This document shows positions 34,323 through 44,017 of a stretch of DNA of 64,000 nucleotides, one piece after another (positions within the stretch are counted from its first letter, which is position 1; each line of letters starts with the position of its first letter). A program made the translations under genes and the position numbers. Source of the DNA: a virus (taxonomy: Duplodnaviria; Caudoviricetes); IMG/VR virus record IMGVR_UViG_3300026549_000040, positions 80,876-144,875 of that record; one strand, written 5' to 3'. The notes under the pieces were generated by a model. It searched no databases. It saw nothing but the letters and a program-made list of their open reading frames with translations, and was not told the DNA's origin.

Positions 34323-37067
34323 ATGGCATCGAGGGATGTTAAAGCTACTATAAAATTATCAAAATGCAAAAGTGATATAGTTTTATCTATGAATAAACAA
34401 CCACAATCTATGACTGTTATAAGTTCTACAAATAGGGTAATAGCTTATGAAGGAGATCAACTAAAGAGGTTTTCTGATAAGATAGAATGGCCAAGTAGTA
34501 ACCCTGGTGGACTTAAAGCTAAAGCATCTACTAAAAATCTAGGGCATGCTAATGGTTGCACCTATTGTGATGTGACTAATGAAATAATGGTATGTGATGG
34601 TGGTGGAAGTAATAAAAAAAGAGTTCGTGTATTTGATGCTAATTCATTTAAGCATAAACGAGATATACATTTACCAAAAAGTGTTTCTGCATTAGCTTAT
34701 GATAGAGTTACTGGTGAATTTTATACTGCCTATGGACATTCTTTAAGTATTTATTCTTATAAAAATTTTATGGCAGGTAAATCTCGTAAAAAGAATTTTA
34801 ATTGTAAAGATTTTAAACATAAGCACTGGCAGGATATAGGTGGTTATAACGGAATATTATATAGGGTTGTAACAGCTTCCACCGGAGTTAATTATATAGA
34901 TGCTTATAGAGTCTCTTCTGGAAAATACTTAGGATCTATAAAGCTTAGTATGGGTGAAATGGAATCATGCGCAATTGATGAAAATCATCAACTACATGTA
35001 TCAACTTTAAATCCAAGGCATTTATTACATACTAATATTAATATTAATTCAGTATTTCAGGGTACAAATGCTGCAGTTAATAATAATAAAAAAGTTTCAG
35101 CTGGTACTGGAAAAAGAATGTCAGCGCCACAAGCATTTGTTGCAACTGCAAAAAAAGAATTAGGCACAAGGGAATCTGGAAATAATGATAATAAATATGG
35201 TAAATGGTATGGAATGAATCATCAGCCTTGGTGTGCTATATTTGTATGCTGGTGTGCACATGAAACTTTTGGGGAATCATGGACTAAATTTTTTAAAAAG
35301 AATGCATCAGCTTATGGTGTTGGAGAAGGAGTAGTTGATAAAGGTGGTAAATGGTTAAAAAAAGCCTCTAAAGGTCCTACTACTCACGTAGGTATTATTG
35401 CATCAGTTAATTCAAAAGGTGTAGCAACTACAGTAGAAGGTAATGCCGGGGATAAAGTTTCTTCCAGAACTATTAAAGTTCCTTCTGGCACTCGTACTGG
35501 AGATTTAATTATATTTTATAACGGAAGAGTAGGTGGAATAGCAAGACCCAAATGGCCTGATGGTTCTTTTTTTGTTGGTGGTATGGGAATGGAAGGCGAA
35601 GTTCCAGAAGAATTAACTTTAAAAGTAAGCCCTGAACAACTATACTCATCTGCTGGCTGGAATTATATGGAGCAAAAAGAAAAGGAAGAATCTGCAGCAG
35701 ATAAATTTTCAAAAGAAACTACTGAAGCTATTAGAGATTATTTAAGTGATATATCTATAACTAATTTGAGCTATAATGCTATACCAGATATTAAATTAGA
35801 TGGTCTTTTTTCTGTTAAGCAAGACAGTAAACCAAAAACAAAAGTTTATGGTAATATAAAAGGATCTCACTTACCTTCAACTATAAGTTATGTAGAAGCA
35901 CCATATATAAAACTTACAATAGGTGGAGTTCAGATAGGTACTTACAGAAATGGTAACTATCCAAATTATGTAAATAATTTATCTGTTAAGAAGACTAATG
36001 GGTCTATGAATGAGTATACTATTGGATTAACTCATCAAATATTTCCAGGTGATAATCCAAATTATATAGATAATCTTATATCTGCAAATAGTTATAATAA
36101 GATAAAGATTGAATATGGAGATTCACAATCTGGTGTAACTTTTAGAGATGATAATGCTTTACTGATAGATGTTAAAAGTAATTTTGATTTTTTTAATAAT
36201 AATATTAACTATACTTTATCAGCAACCAGTTCTTCAATTGCTTCTGTAATAGTTACAAGAAATTATCCAGAAGTTACAGATAAGCCGTCAACTATCATTA
36301 ATAACATGCTGTATGGTACTGGTGAATTATTATCTTATTTTCCAGGCATGCAGAATAAAACATTTACAAGTTCAAATAATTTAATTCCTACAACAGATAA
36401 GCCTGTAACGATAGGTGCAGTAGATAGTATAACTTCATTTGATTATTTAAAACTTTTAGTATCTTCCATGAAACCACTTGATAGCAAAAATAATTCTACT
36501 TATTTTTTAGACATAAAAGATAGTGGATCAAATGGTACTTATTTTCAAGTGAAAGAAGTTAATCCAAGTACTGCTAATTCATCATCAGCATTTATGTATG
36601 AAGTAGATATTAATTATCCAGATGAAAATTCTTTGGTTTATAATTTTTCAGTTGATGAAGATTTTGCTTGGCCATTGGCTTATAAATATTCTGGTAGTTT
36701 TGGTACATATAATTATCATATAGATAGTAACGGAAGAACATCTGCTTATAATTCTTCTTCTAATTTAAAAAACATATCTTCAGTAACAGGTGTTAGTGTA
36801 ACAGATCAAAATTGGTGGAGAAATGTTACAGAATTTCCTGTAAGAGCTTCCTTAGAAATAAAAGGACTATCTACTTATGTTTTATTGCTAAATTATATAA
36901 AAGTTAATGTTTATTATTTTGGTAAGAAAAGAAGTTCCTCAGGTGTTTACATAGTCACTGGTCAAGAAGATAGTTTATCAGGAAATGGATTTAGAACAAA
37001 GCTAGATTTATTAAGAGTTGCAGGCGATAATCAATATATAAACGTAGATGGAAGAGTCATAACTTAG
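34323..37067 (+). CDS. Hub paralogue 3: beta-propeller-like domain + CHAP + hub domain
   Basis: PQSM..LGHANGCTY..ALAYD..QDIG..EMES; WCAIFVCWC..HVGII..VEGN; shared C-terminal domain from ~35637. Confidence 0.75.
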   Translation: MASRDVKATIKLSKCKSDIVLSMNKQPQSMTVISSTNRVIAYEGDQLKRFSDKIEWPSSNPGGLKAKASTKNLGHANGCTYCDVTNEIMVCDGGGSNKKRVRVFDANSFKHKRDIHLPKSVSALAYDRVTGEFYTAYGHSLSIYSYKNFMAGKSRKKNFNCKDFKHKHWQDIGGYNGILYRVVTASTGVNYIDAYRVSSGKYLGSIKLSMGEMESCAIDENHQLHVSTLNPRHLLHTNININSVFQGTNAAVNNNKKVSAGTGKRMSAPQAFVATAKKELGTRESGNNDNKYGKWYGMNHQPWCAIFVCWCAHETFGESWTKFFKKNASAYGVGEGVVDKGGKWLKKASKGPTTHVGIIASVNSKGVATTVEGNAGDKVSSRTIKVPSGTRTGDLIIFYNGRVGGIARPKWPDGSFFVGGMGMEGEVPEELTLKVSPEQLYSSAGWNYMEQKEKEESAADKFSKETTEAIRDYLSDISITNLSYNAIPDIKLDGLFSVKQDSKPKTKVYGNIKGSHLPSTISYVEAPYIKLTIGGVQIGTYRNGNYPNYVNNLSVKKTNGSMNEYTIGLTHQIFPGDNPNYIDNLISANSYNKIKIEYGDSQSGVTFRDDNALLIDVKSNFDFFNNNINYTLSATSSSIASVIVTRNYPEVTDKPSTIINNMLYGTGELLSYFPGMQNKTFTSSNNLIPTTDKPVTIGAVDSITSFDYLKLLVSSMKPLDSKNNSTYFLDIKDSGSNGTYFQVKEVNPSTANSSSAFMYEVDINYPDENSLVYNFSVDEDFAWPLAYKYSGSFGTYNYHIDSNGRTSAYNSSSNLKNISSVTGVSVTDQNWWRNVTEFPVRASLEIKGLSTYVLLLNYIKVNVYYFGKKRSSSGVYIVTGQEDSLSGNGFRTKLDLLRVAGDNQYINVDGRVIT
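36881..36899 (+). promoter_or_regulatory. Putative late-promoter motif, copy 3, inside a CDS
   Basis: TTTATTGCTAAATTATATA identical to 21954-21972; ~180 nt before the 2312-aa gene. Confidence 0.55.
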
Positions 37068-37077
37068 AGGAAATTAG

Positions 37078-40000
37078 ATGATTCAAAAAGGTAGAATTGA
37101 AAGAGTAATAGACAAATATACTTATAAGGTTAGAATACCTAAGTATGATAAAGTATTAGAAGATCCAGAAGGTACAAGAACAGAAGATTTAGCAGAAGGT
37201 CTTGTATGTATAACTCCTGGAATGAATGTTGCTTATACTGTAGGTGATATTGTTATTGTATCTTTTGAAAATGATGAAATAAGTAAACCTGTAATACTTG
37301 GTTTACTTTATAGAGATAACAATGAGAATATTGATTCAGGTGCAGCGTTAACACTTGTTGACGATAATATAAAACAACTAAAGTCGTCTATAAGCGGTAT
37401 TAAAAATTCTTCTTCTGTTTATACTCATGTAAGATATTCTAATGATAATGGAGTTACCTTTACGAGTTTATATAATCCAAACATATCAGAACGAACTGAT
37501 AGTGAAGGAAATATATATTGTATTCCAGTATGGTCAACTAGAGGATTAAATGGTATACAAATAGATAAAGATTCTGACTTCTTAACTTGGTTTATACTAG
37601 ATGAAAATAAACATAATATAACAAATCAAATAGGAATAGATACTATCTTTTTTGATTCAGAAGGAAATATACTAAGAACGGTTCCTAAAGAAGATAGAGA
37701 GTATACTATTCAACTTAATAATCTAACTGACATAGAAGGTGCTTTATATCTTACTTATAGAATATATGCACCTAAGAACTATTTAGATAAATTACATATA
37801 TCATTAAGCTCTGATAAAAATGTTTTAGGAACAGTAGAAGGAAAATATTTAGGTTTATATATAACAAATTCTCCTGAAGCATCTTTAGATTGTTCTGATT
37901 ATCAATGGATTTCTTTTGCTTCTGGTGGTATGTCTAATGATGTTACTGAAGCTATAGCTGAATTAGAAGAAACTACTGGTGATATAAAAGAACAAATAAC
38001 AGAAGTAGTTACAGATGTAGATGGATTTAGAGTATCTGTTACAGAAGCTGTAGCTACATCTAAACAAGCAGAAGATATGGCTAAAGCAGTACAAGATGCT
38101 GCAGATAGAGGAGATTTTGATGGCGTAGGTGTTTATAGCACTGTTGTAACTTATCAAGCAAGTTCAAGTAATACAGAAGTTCCTTCTGGTACATGGTATG
38201 ATGAAGATCATATGCCGGAAGTTCCTGATGGTCATTATTTATGGACTAAAACTTATATTACTTATACAAATAATACACATAGTACTTCTTATTCAGTTGC
38301 TAGACAAGGTATTAAAGGTGATACTGGTGATACAGGATTAAATGTATCTAATGTTTCATTATATCAAAGAGGAAGTACTGCGCCTTCAAAGCCAACAGGT
38401 AATTTAATATACTCATTCATTACAGGAGATATAACATTAGATCCAGAAGACATTACTTCAAATCTAAATGGTTGGACAAAAAATATACCAGAAATAGACG
38501 GACACCCGTGTTGGGTTATTTCAACAACTGTAAGTGCTAATACTTCAACAACTATAATAGAAGATACAAGTTGGAGCGCACAGGTAAAGTTTGTTGAAGA
38601 TGGAGAAAGTGGTGGAATTGGTGCTCATGGTATTAATACTGCTCCGATTTATTTATATCAGAGAAGTTCTTCTACTCCAAAGAAACCAGTAAATACTTTA
38701 ACTTATACTTTCTCTACTAGAGCTATAAGTGGAACAATAGATAATAATTGGGTAGTAGATATAGGAACTTTAACTGGTACTGATCCAATATGGGTAATTG
38801 GGGCTGTTGCAAGTTCTAATACTGATTCTGATACTATAGGAAGTAATGAATGGTCTGCTCCTATAATTCTTTCACAAGACGGAAATGATGGTTCTGATGG
38901 TCAAGATGGAAGTGATGGAATAAGTATTAGTTCTGTTACGAATTATTATTTAGCTACATCTTTATCAAGTGGTGTTACTCCTTCAACATCTGGGTGGACA
39001 ACCACTATTCAAACTATGGATTCCACTAATCAATATCTTTGGAATTATGAAGTTGTAACAGGTTCTGATAGTTCTATAATAAATACAACTACACCGATTA
39101 TTATAGGAAGATATGGGCAAGATGGAAGTCAAGGTCCTTCAGGGTCTGACGGAAAAGGTATAACAAGTATTACAGAATATTACTTAGCAACATCTGCTTC
39201 TTCTGATGTTACTCCTTCAACATCTGGGTGGACTACTGAAGTTCAAACAACTGATTCTACAAATAAGTATTTATGGAATTATGAAGTAATTGCTTATACA
39301 GTTGGAAGTCCTTATACTTCAGAACCAAGAATAATTGGAACGCAAGGAGAAGATGGTCAGGACGGTCAAGATGGTATTGATGGAATTAATGGATTAAATC
39401 AAGCAACTGTTTATATTTATAAAAGAAGTAGTGTAATTCCAGATACGCCTGAAGAATCAGGTATCTATACTTTTGCTACCGGTGAATTAACTGGTGATGT
39501 TATAGATATCGAAGGATGGGAAACATCTGTTCCAAATGGATCTAACCCTTGTTATGTAAGTACAGCATTAGCAATAAGTAGAGAATCAGAGGCTACTATT
39601 GAAGCCTGGTCAGATGTTGTTAAATTTGTAGAAAATGGTATTAATGGTTATAATCAAGCGACATTAAATTTATATCAAAGAACATCATCTACTTTAACAG
39701 GAAGTGATGTACCTACTAATACCTCTTATAATTTTAATACTAAGCAGATTTCAGGTTCTATCGGAAATTGGTCTACATCTATACCTAATGGAACTGCTCC
39801 TTGTTGGTCTACTTCTGCTGTAGCAATAAGTAGAGAGCAATCTGTAAGTTTAGTTTGGTCAGCGCCTGTAAAAATAGTTCAAAATGGACAAGATGGACAG
39901 AGTGGTTTAAATCAAGCAACAATAAACTTATATAAAAGAGCAGCATCCGTAACTGCTCCTACAATTTCTGTTAGATATAAATTTAGTGATGGTACTTTAA

Positions 40001-43000
40001 GAAATAATAGTGATGTAATAATTGATACACTCCAAGGGTGGGGAAGAAATATCCCTACAGGTACAGAACAATGCTGGATAGTTTCAGCTTCTGCAATAAG
40101 TAGAGAAGATTATGTTACTATATCTTCCTGGTCATCTCCAATCAAATTAGTAAAAGATGGTACATCTGCTACTCAATATTATACTTATGTAAAATATGCG
40201 ACAGATAGTAGTGGTTCTAATATGAGAGATACTCCTATGGCGGGTTATAATTATATTGGAACTTACACAGGTACTACACAAACCCCATCTGCTAATTTGT
40301 ATACATGGAGCAAATATGTAGGAGATAATGGGCAAGATGGTACGAGTGTTACAGTAACAAGTATTGAATATGCTGTAACAGATACAGAAGATGAACCAAT
40401 TAGTTGGGAATCACAAATACCTGAAGTTGGAGAAGATCAATGGTTGTGGTCTAAAGTAACTTTATCAGGCAGCGATAATGTTATAATAAGTAAATCTTAT
40501 TCAGGAAAATCAGGGACTGACGGCTATAATCAGGCTACTATTAATTTATATCAAAGAGCATCATCTGCATCTAAACCATCTTCTACTGTTACATATAGAT
40601 TTAGTGATGGAAAATTTTCTACTAATGGTACTACATGGTCAGATAGTGTAGGTAGCTGGGTTAAGTCTATGCCAGCTATCAATACGAGTCATCCAGAATA
40701 TCCTTGTTGGGTTATAAGTGCTGTAGCTATTAGTCAAGATTCAACTGATGATATAAGTACAACTGAATGGTCAGGTCCTAATAAATGCGCTGAAAATGGA
40801 TTAAATCAGGCAGTAATTAGATTATATAAAAGAGCTTCATCAAAACCTGTTGATACTGAAATTAGACCAAACAGAAATTTAACTTATACATTTAAAACAT
40901 CTACTCTATCACCGACTGATTCAGATGGTAAGTTTAATGGATGGTCTAAAGACATTCCAGAATCAGATTCAAATAAAAATCCTTGTTGGTTTATATCTGC
41001 CGTAGCTTCAGGAACTGGTTTAACAGATACTATACTTACTACTGATTGGAATCCTCCATTAAAACTTATGAATGATGGAGTTGGTATAACAAGGGTAGAA
41101 GAAGAATATAGATTATCAGATAGAGAAGATAAATTAGATCCTGAAACATCTTCCGTTTCAAAATATACTTGGAGTACTACTCAACCTGCTTACGAATATG
41201 GGAAATTCTATTGGGTAAGACAACATATATTTTATGATAATGGAAGTAATGATTATTCAACTCCAGTATGCGATAAATCTATAAATGGAGCAATAAATCA
41301 TGTAGAAACATATTATCTTTCTACGGCATCTTTTGATGTAGCAAAGGATCAAATACAGAGTAGAGTAGCTAAGACTCAATTAGAATTAATTGGTCAGACC
41401 TATGCTTTATGTCAAACTGCATCAGAAACTTCTACTAAAGAAGCTATAATAACTCCTCAAGATCAATCTTGGACATTACAAACTGATACAGAAATTACTG
41501 TTCAATTTGAATATAGGAATACTACAAATAATCCTAAATTAAGTATAAATGGTCAGCCACAAAATGGGGCATCATTAAAAGATAAAGATGGAAATACTTT
41601 AACTGAAGAAAAACTTCATTGGGAAGCTGGTAGCATTTTCTTATTCAAATATGATGGTACTAACTGGAGATTACAAGATAATCTAAAGTTTGAAAGACTA
41701 GATAAAGCAGAGAGTGCTATTACACAGAATGCAAATAATATAGAATTAAAAGTTTCTGATTCTGATCTTACTGGTAATAATGTTATATCCAGAATAAACT
41801 TAAATAGTACTACAGCTACTATAAAAGCTGCTAGAGTACAAATAGATGGTGCTGCAATATTTAATAATTCTGATTTTCAATCTCTTGCTAATAATGCATA
41901 TGATGAAAATGGTGCTGCGAATATTGCTAAACAACAAGCTATAAGTTATACAGATAATAAAACTGCTAATATGGCTACAACTACTGATATTAATCAGTTA
42001 AAAGCTAATTATGGCACTTGTTCTACTAGTGCTTCTACAAGAATAAAAGTAGTAACCTGTTCTAATTTTGAATTGGTAGATGGTAATGAATTAACTGTTT
42101 ATTTTTCTATTGCTAATACACAGTATAGCAGTTCTGTTCAGCTAAATATAAATAATAAAGGTGCGAAAGATGTGTGGGTAGCGAATGCTGTTACTTCATC
42201 TTCAAATCAATTACTTTGGGGAGCTGGTGCATATATTACTTTTAAATATGTAACAGTTGGAAGTAGTTCATACTTTATAGTAATTGGTGAACCACGTTCA
42301 TGGTATGGAGCTTCCACTACTGCTGCAAGCACAGCATCAAAAACTGATACTACAGCGATTACAGGCTGTGTTATTTGTAAAGGTGCAAAAATAGAGTTGG
42401 CTATGTCTAATAAAAATACTAATGATAGTGCCACTCTAAATATAAGAAGTACTGGTGCTAAAGCTATTTATTATGGTAATACTTCAACTAGACCGACTGT
42501 TGATAACGGTCATTCTTGGATTGATAGTACTACTGCAACATTTACTTTTGATGGTTCAGCTTATCGTATGGCTGGTCAAACAGTAATTAATGGTGATAAT
42601 ATAGTTACAGGAAGTATTTCTGCAAATGAGTTAAACGTAAATAATATAAATGCAAGTGGAATATTTTCTGCTGGATCATTTAATAGTGATGCAAAGCGTA
42701 ATATAAATAAAAGATCACAAAGAATTTATTATAAAACAAATCAAGAATCTACACCTGGTACACCTAATAGTTGGGTAAGTAGAAGTGATACTGTAACTAA
42801 TAATTGGACTACTTGTTATATGTCATATGATAACAATAATCCTTGTTTATTTACTTGTATTCAGTATGAATCTCTTGATGGATATCTTACTTATTCTGAA
42901 GTTATAGAAGATACTACTCAGAGTGATGCTAGATTTTATACTGATGGAGAGTTATCATTCAAGGCAGCTTCAGCAGATTTAATAGAAAAACAACAAACTC

Positions 43001-44016
43001 TTTATCGTAGGTCTTTAATCAGACTTAATCCAGCTACTATAAAACCTTCTGCTTGGGTAGAACAACAAGATGCTGATGGATGGACCACTACAAATCCTGA
43101 AGTAAGAAGTGAAAATGATGGAATTTATCTTTATACTTGCACTCAGATGTTAACTAATGGTGGTGAATGTATTACTTCTGATGTTGTATTAGATGAATCT
43201 ATGAAAGGTTTAGCTTTTACTGATGGAGTAGAAAACAGATTTAAGTCTTTATCTAGTACATATACTAAAAAGTCTGACTCTATAAAAAGAACACAAAGGA
43301 TATATCTTAGAAATAATGATCCAAATCAATTACCTGCAGAACCATCTAGTGATTCTTGGATAGAGGATTCTGAGGATTATAATTATAGTCCCAGTCTTGG
43401 ATGGGTAAATTATATACCTGAATATAATTCAGATTTTAAAATATTATGGACTTGTGAACAATACGAATTATCTGATAATAGCTTTGGTCATACTCCTATA
43501 AAAGTAGATAATACTACAACCGTTATTGATGGAGATAATATAACTACTGGTACTATAAATGCTAATAGAATAAATTTAGCTCCATATATGACTTTTGAGA
43601 ATAGAGACTATGCTGCAGTAGATGCTTCAGGTACTAAACCTACTTTTGGAACCAATACGTACTATATACATACTACTGCAGATGAATATATATTAATTGA
43701 AGATTTTTATTCAACAACTCCTCCTGGTTCATCTGGATGGGATACTATATGGAATGATAATTGGAAAAATTGTTATATAAAATCTCAAACTTCTCAAACG
43801 CCTTATTTAAAGATAGGAAATAAAGATACATTTGCTATTACAGTTGATAACAAGCAGATAATATTTTGGAATGAGAATGAAAGAGTTGCATTTATAGATG
43901 GTAAATTAATGAGCATACCAAAATCTGTTATGTTAGAAGAAATGATGATTGGACAAGATAAATGGTCTTGGAAAGAACATAATGGTAATTTACAGTTAAA
44001 GTGGTTAGGAGAATAA
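37078..44016 (+). CDS. Central spike (gp5/gpV-like OB fold) fused to a long repeat fibre
   Basis: G.IERVIDKY.YKVRIP...YTVGDIVIVSFENDEISKPVILG; GxDG collagen-like linkers; several repeat families. Confidence 0.75.
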   Translation: MIQKGRIERVIDKYTYKVRIPKYDKVLEDPEGTRTEDLAEGLVCITPGMNVAYTVGDIVIVSFENDEISKPVILGLLYRDNNENIDSGAALTLVDDNIKQLKSSISGIKNSSSVYTHVRYSNDNGVTFTSLYNPNISERTDSEGNIYCIPVWSTRGLNGIQIDKDSDFLTWFILDENKHNITNQIGIDTIFFDSEGNILRTVPKEDREYTIQLNNLTDIEGALYLTYRIYAPKNYLDKLHISLSSDKNVLGTVEGKYLGLYITNSPEASLDCSDYQWISFASGGMSNDVTEAIAELEETTGDIKEQITEVVTDVDGFRVSVTEAVATSKQAEDMAKAVQDAADRGDFDGVGVYSTVVTYQASSSNTEVPSGTWYDEDHMPEVPDGHYLWTKTYITYTNNTHSTSYSVARQGIKGDTGDTGLNVSNVSLYQRGSTAPSKPTGNLIYSFITGDITLDPEDITSNLNGWTKNIPEIDGHPCWVISTTVSANTSTTIIEDTSWSAQVKFVEDGESGGIGAHGINTAPIYLYQRSSSTPKKPVNTLTYTFSTRAISGTIDNNWVVDIGTLTGTDPIWVIGAVASSNTDSDTIGSNEWSAPIILSQDGNDGSDGQDGSDGISISSVTNYYLATSLSSGVTPSTSGWTTTIQTMDSTNQYLWNYEVVTGSDSSIINTTTPIIIGRYGQDGSQGPSGSDGKGITSITEYYLATSASSDVTPSTSGWTTEVQTTDSTNKYLWNYEVIAYTVGSPYTSEPRIIGTQGEDGQDGQDGIDGINGLNQATVYIYKRSSVIPDTPEESGIYTFATGELTGDVIDIEGWETSVPNGSNPCYVSTALAISRESEATIEAWSDVVKFVENGINGYNQATLNLYQRTSSTLTGSDVPTNTSYNFNTKQISGSIGNWSTSIPNGTAPCWSTSAVAISREQSVSLVWSAPVKIVQNGQDGQSGLNQATINLYKRAASVTAPTISVRYKFSDGTLRNNSDVIIDTLQGWGRNIPTGTEQCWIVSASAISREDYVTISSWSSPIKLVKDGTSATQYYTYVKYATDSSGSNMRDTPMAGYNYIGTYTGTTQTPSANLYTWSKYVGDNGQDGTSVTVTSIEYAVTDTEDEPISWESQIPEVGEDQWLWSKVTLSGSDNVIISKSYSGKSGTDGYNQATINLYQRASSASKPSSTVTYRFSDGKFSTNGTTWSDSVGSWVKSMPAINTSHPEYPCWVISAVAISQDSTDDISTTEWSGPNKCAENGLNQAVIRLYKRASSKPVDTEIRPNRNLTYTFKTSTLSPTDSDGKFNGWSKDIPESDSNKNPCWFISAVASGTGLTDTILTTDWNPPLKLMNDGVGITRVEEEYRLSDREDKLDPETSSVSKYTWSTTQPAYEYGKFYWVRQHIFYDNGSNDYSTPVCDKSINGAINHVETYYLSTASFDVAKDQIQSRVAKTQLELIGQTYALCQTASETSTKEAIITPQDQSWTLQTDTEITVQFEYRNTTNNPKLSINGQPQNGASLKDKDGNTLTEEKLHWEAGSIFLFKYDGTNWRLQDNLKFERLDKAESAITQNANNIELKVSDSDLTGNNVISRINLNSTTATIKAARVQIDGAAIFNNSDFQSLANNAYDENGAANIAKQQAISYTDNKTANMATTTDINQLKANYGTCSTSASTRIKVVTCSNFELVDGNELTVYFSIANTQYSSSVQLNINNKGAKDVWVANAVTSSSNQLLWGAGAYITFKYVTVGSSSYFIVIGEPRSWYGASTTAASTASKTDTTAITGCVICKGAKIELAMSNKNTNDSATLNIRSTGAKAIYYGNTSTRPTVDNGHSWIDSTTATFTFDGSAYRMAGQTVINGDNIVTGSISANELNVNNINASGIFSAGSFNSDAKRNINKRSQRIYYKTNQESTPGTPNSWVSRSDTVTNNWTTCYMSYDNNNPCLFTCIQYESLDGYLTYSEVIEDTTQSDARFYTDGELSFKAASADLIEKQQTLYRRSLIRLNPATIKPSAWVEQQDADGWTTTNPEVRSENDGIYLYTCTQMLTNGGECITSDVVLDESMKGLAFTDGVENRFKSLSSTYTKKSDSIKRTQRIYLRNNDPNQLPAEPSSDSWIEDSEDYNYSPSLGWVNYIPEYNSDFKILWTCEQYELSDNSFGHTPIKVDNTTTVIDGDNITTGTINANRINLAPYMTFENRDYAAVDASGTKPTFGTNTYYIHTTADEYILIEDFYSTTPPGSSGWDTIWNDNWKNCYIKSQTSQTPYLKIGNKDTFAITVDNKQIIFWNENERVAFIDGKLMSIPKSVMLEEMMIGQDKWSWKEHNGNLQLKWLGE

Positions 44017-44017
44017 T

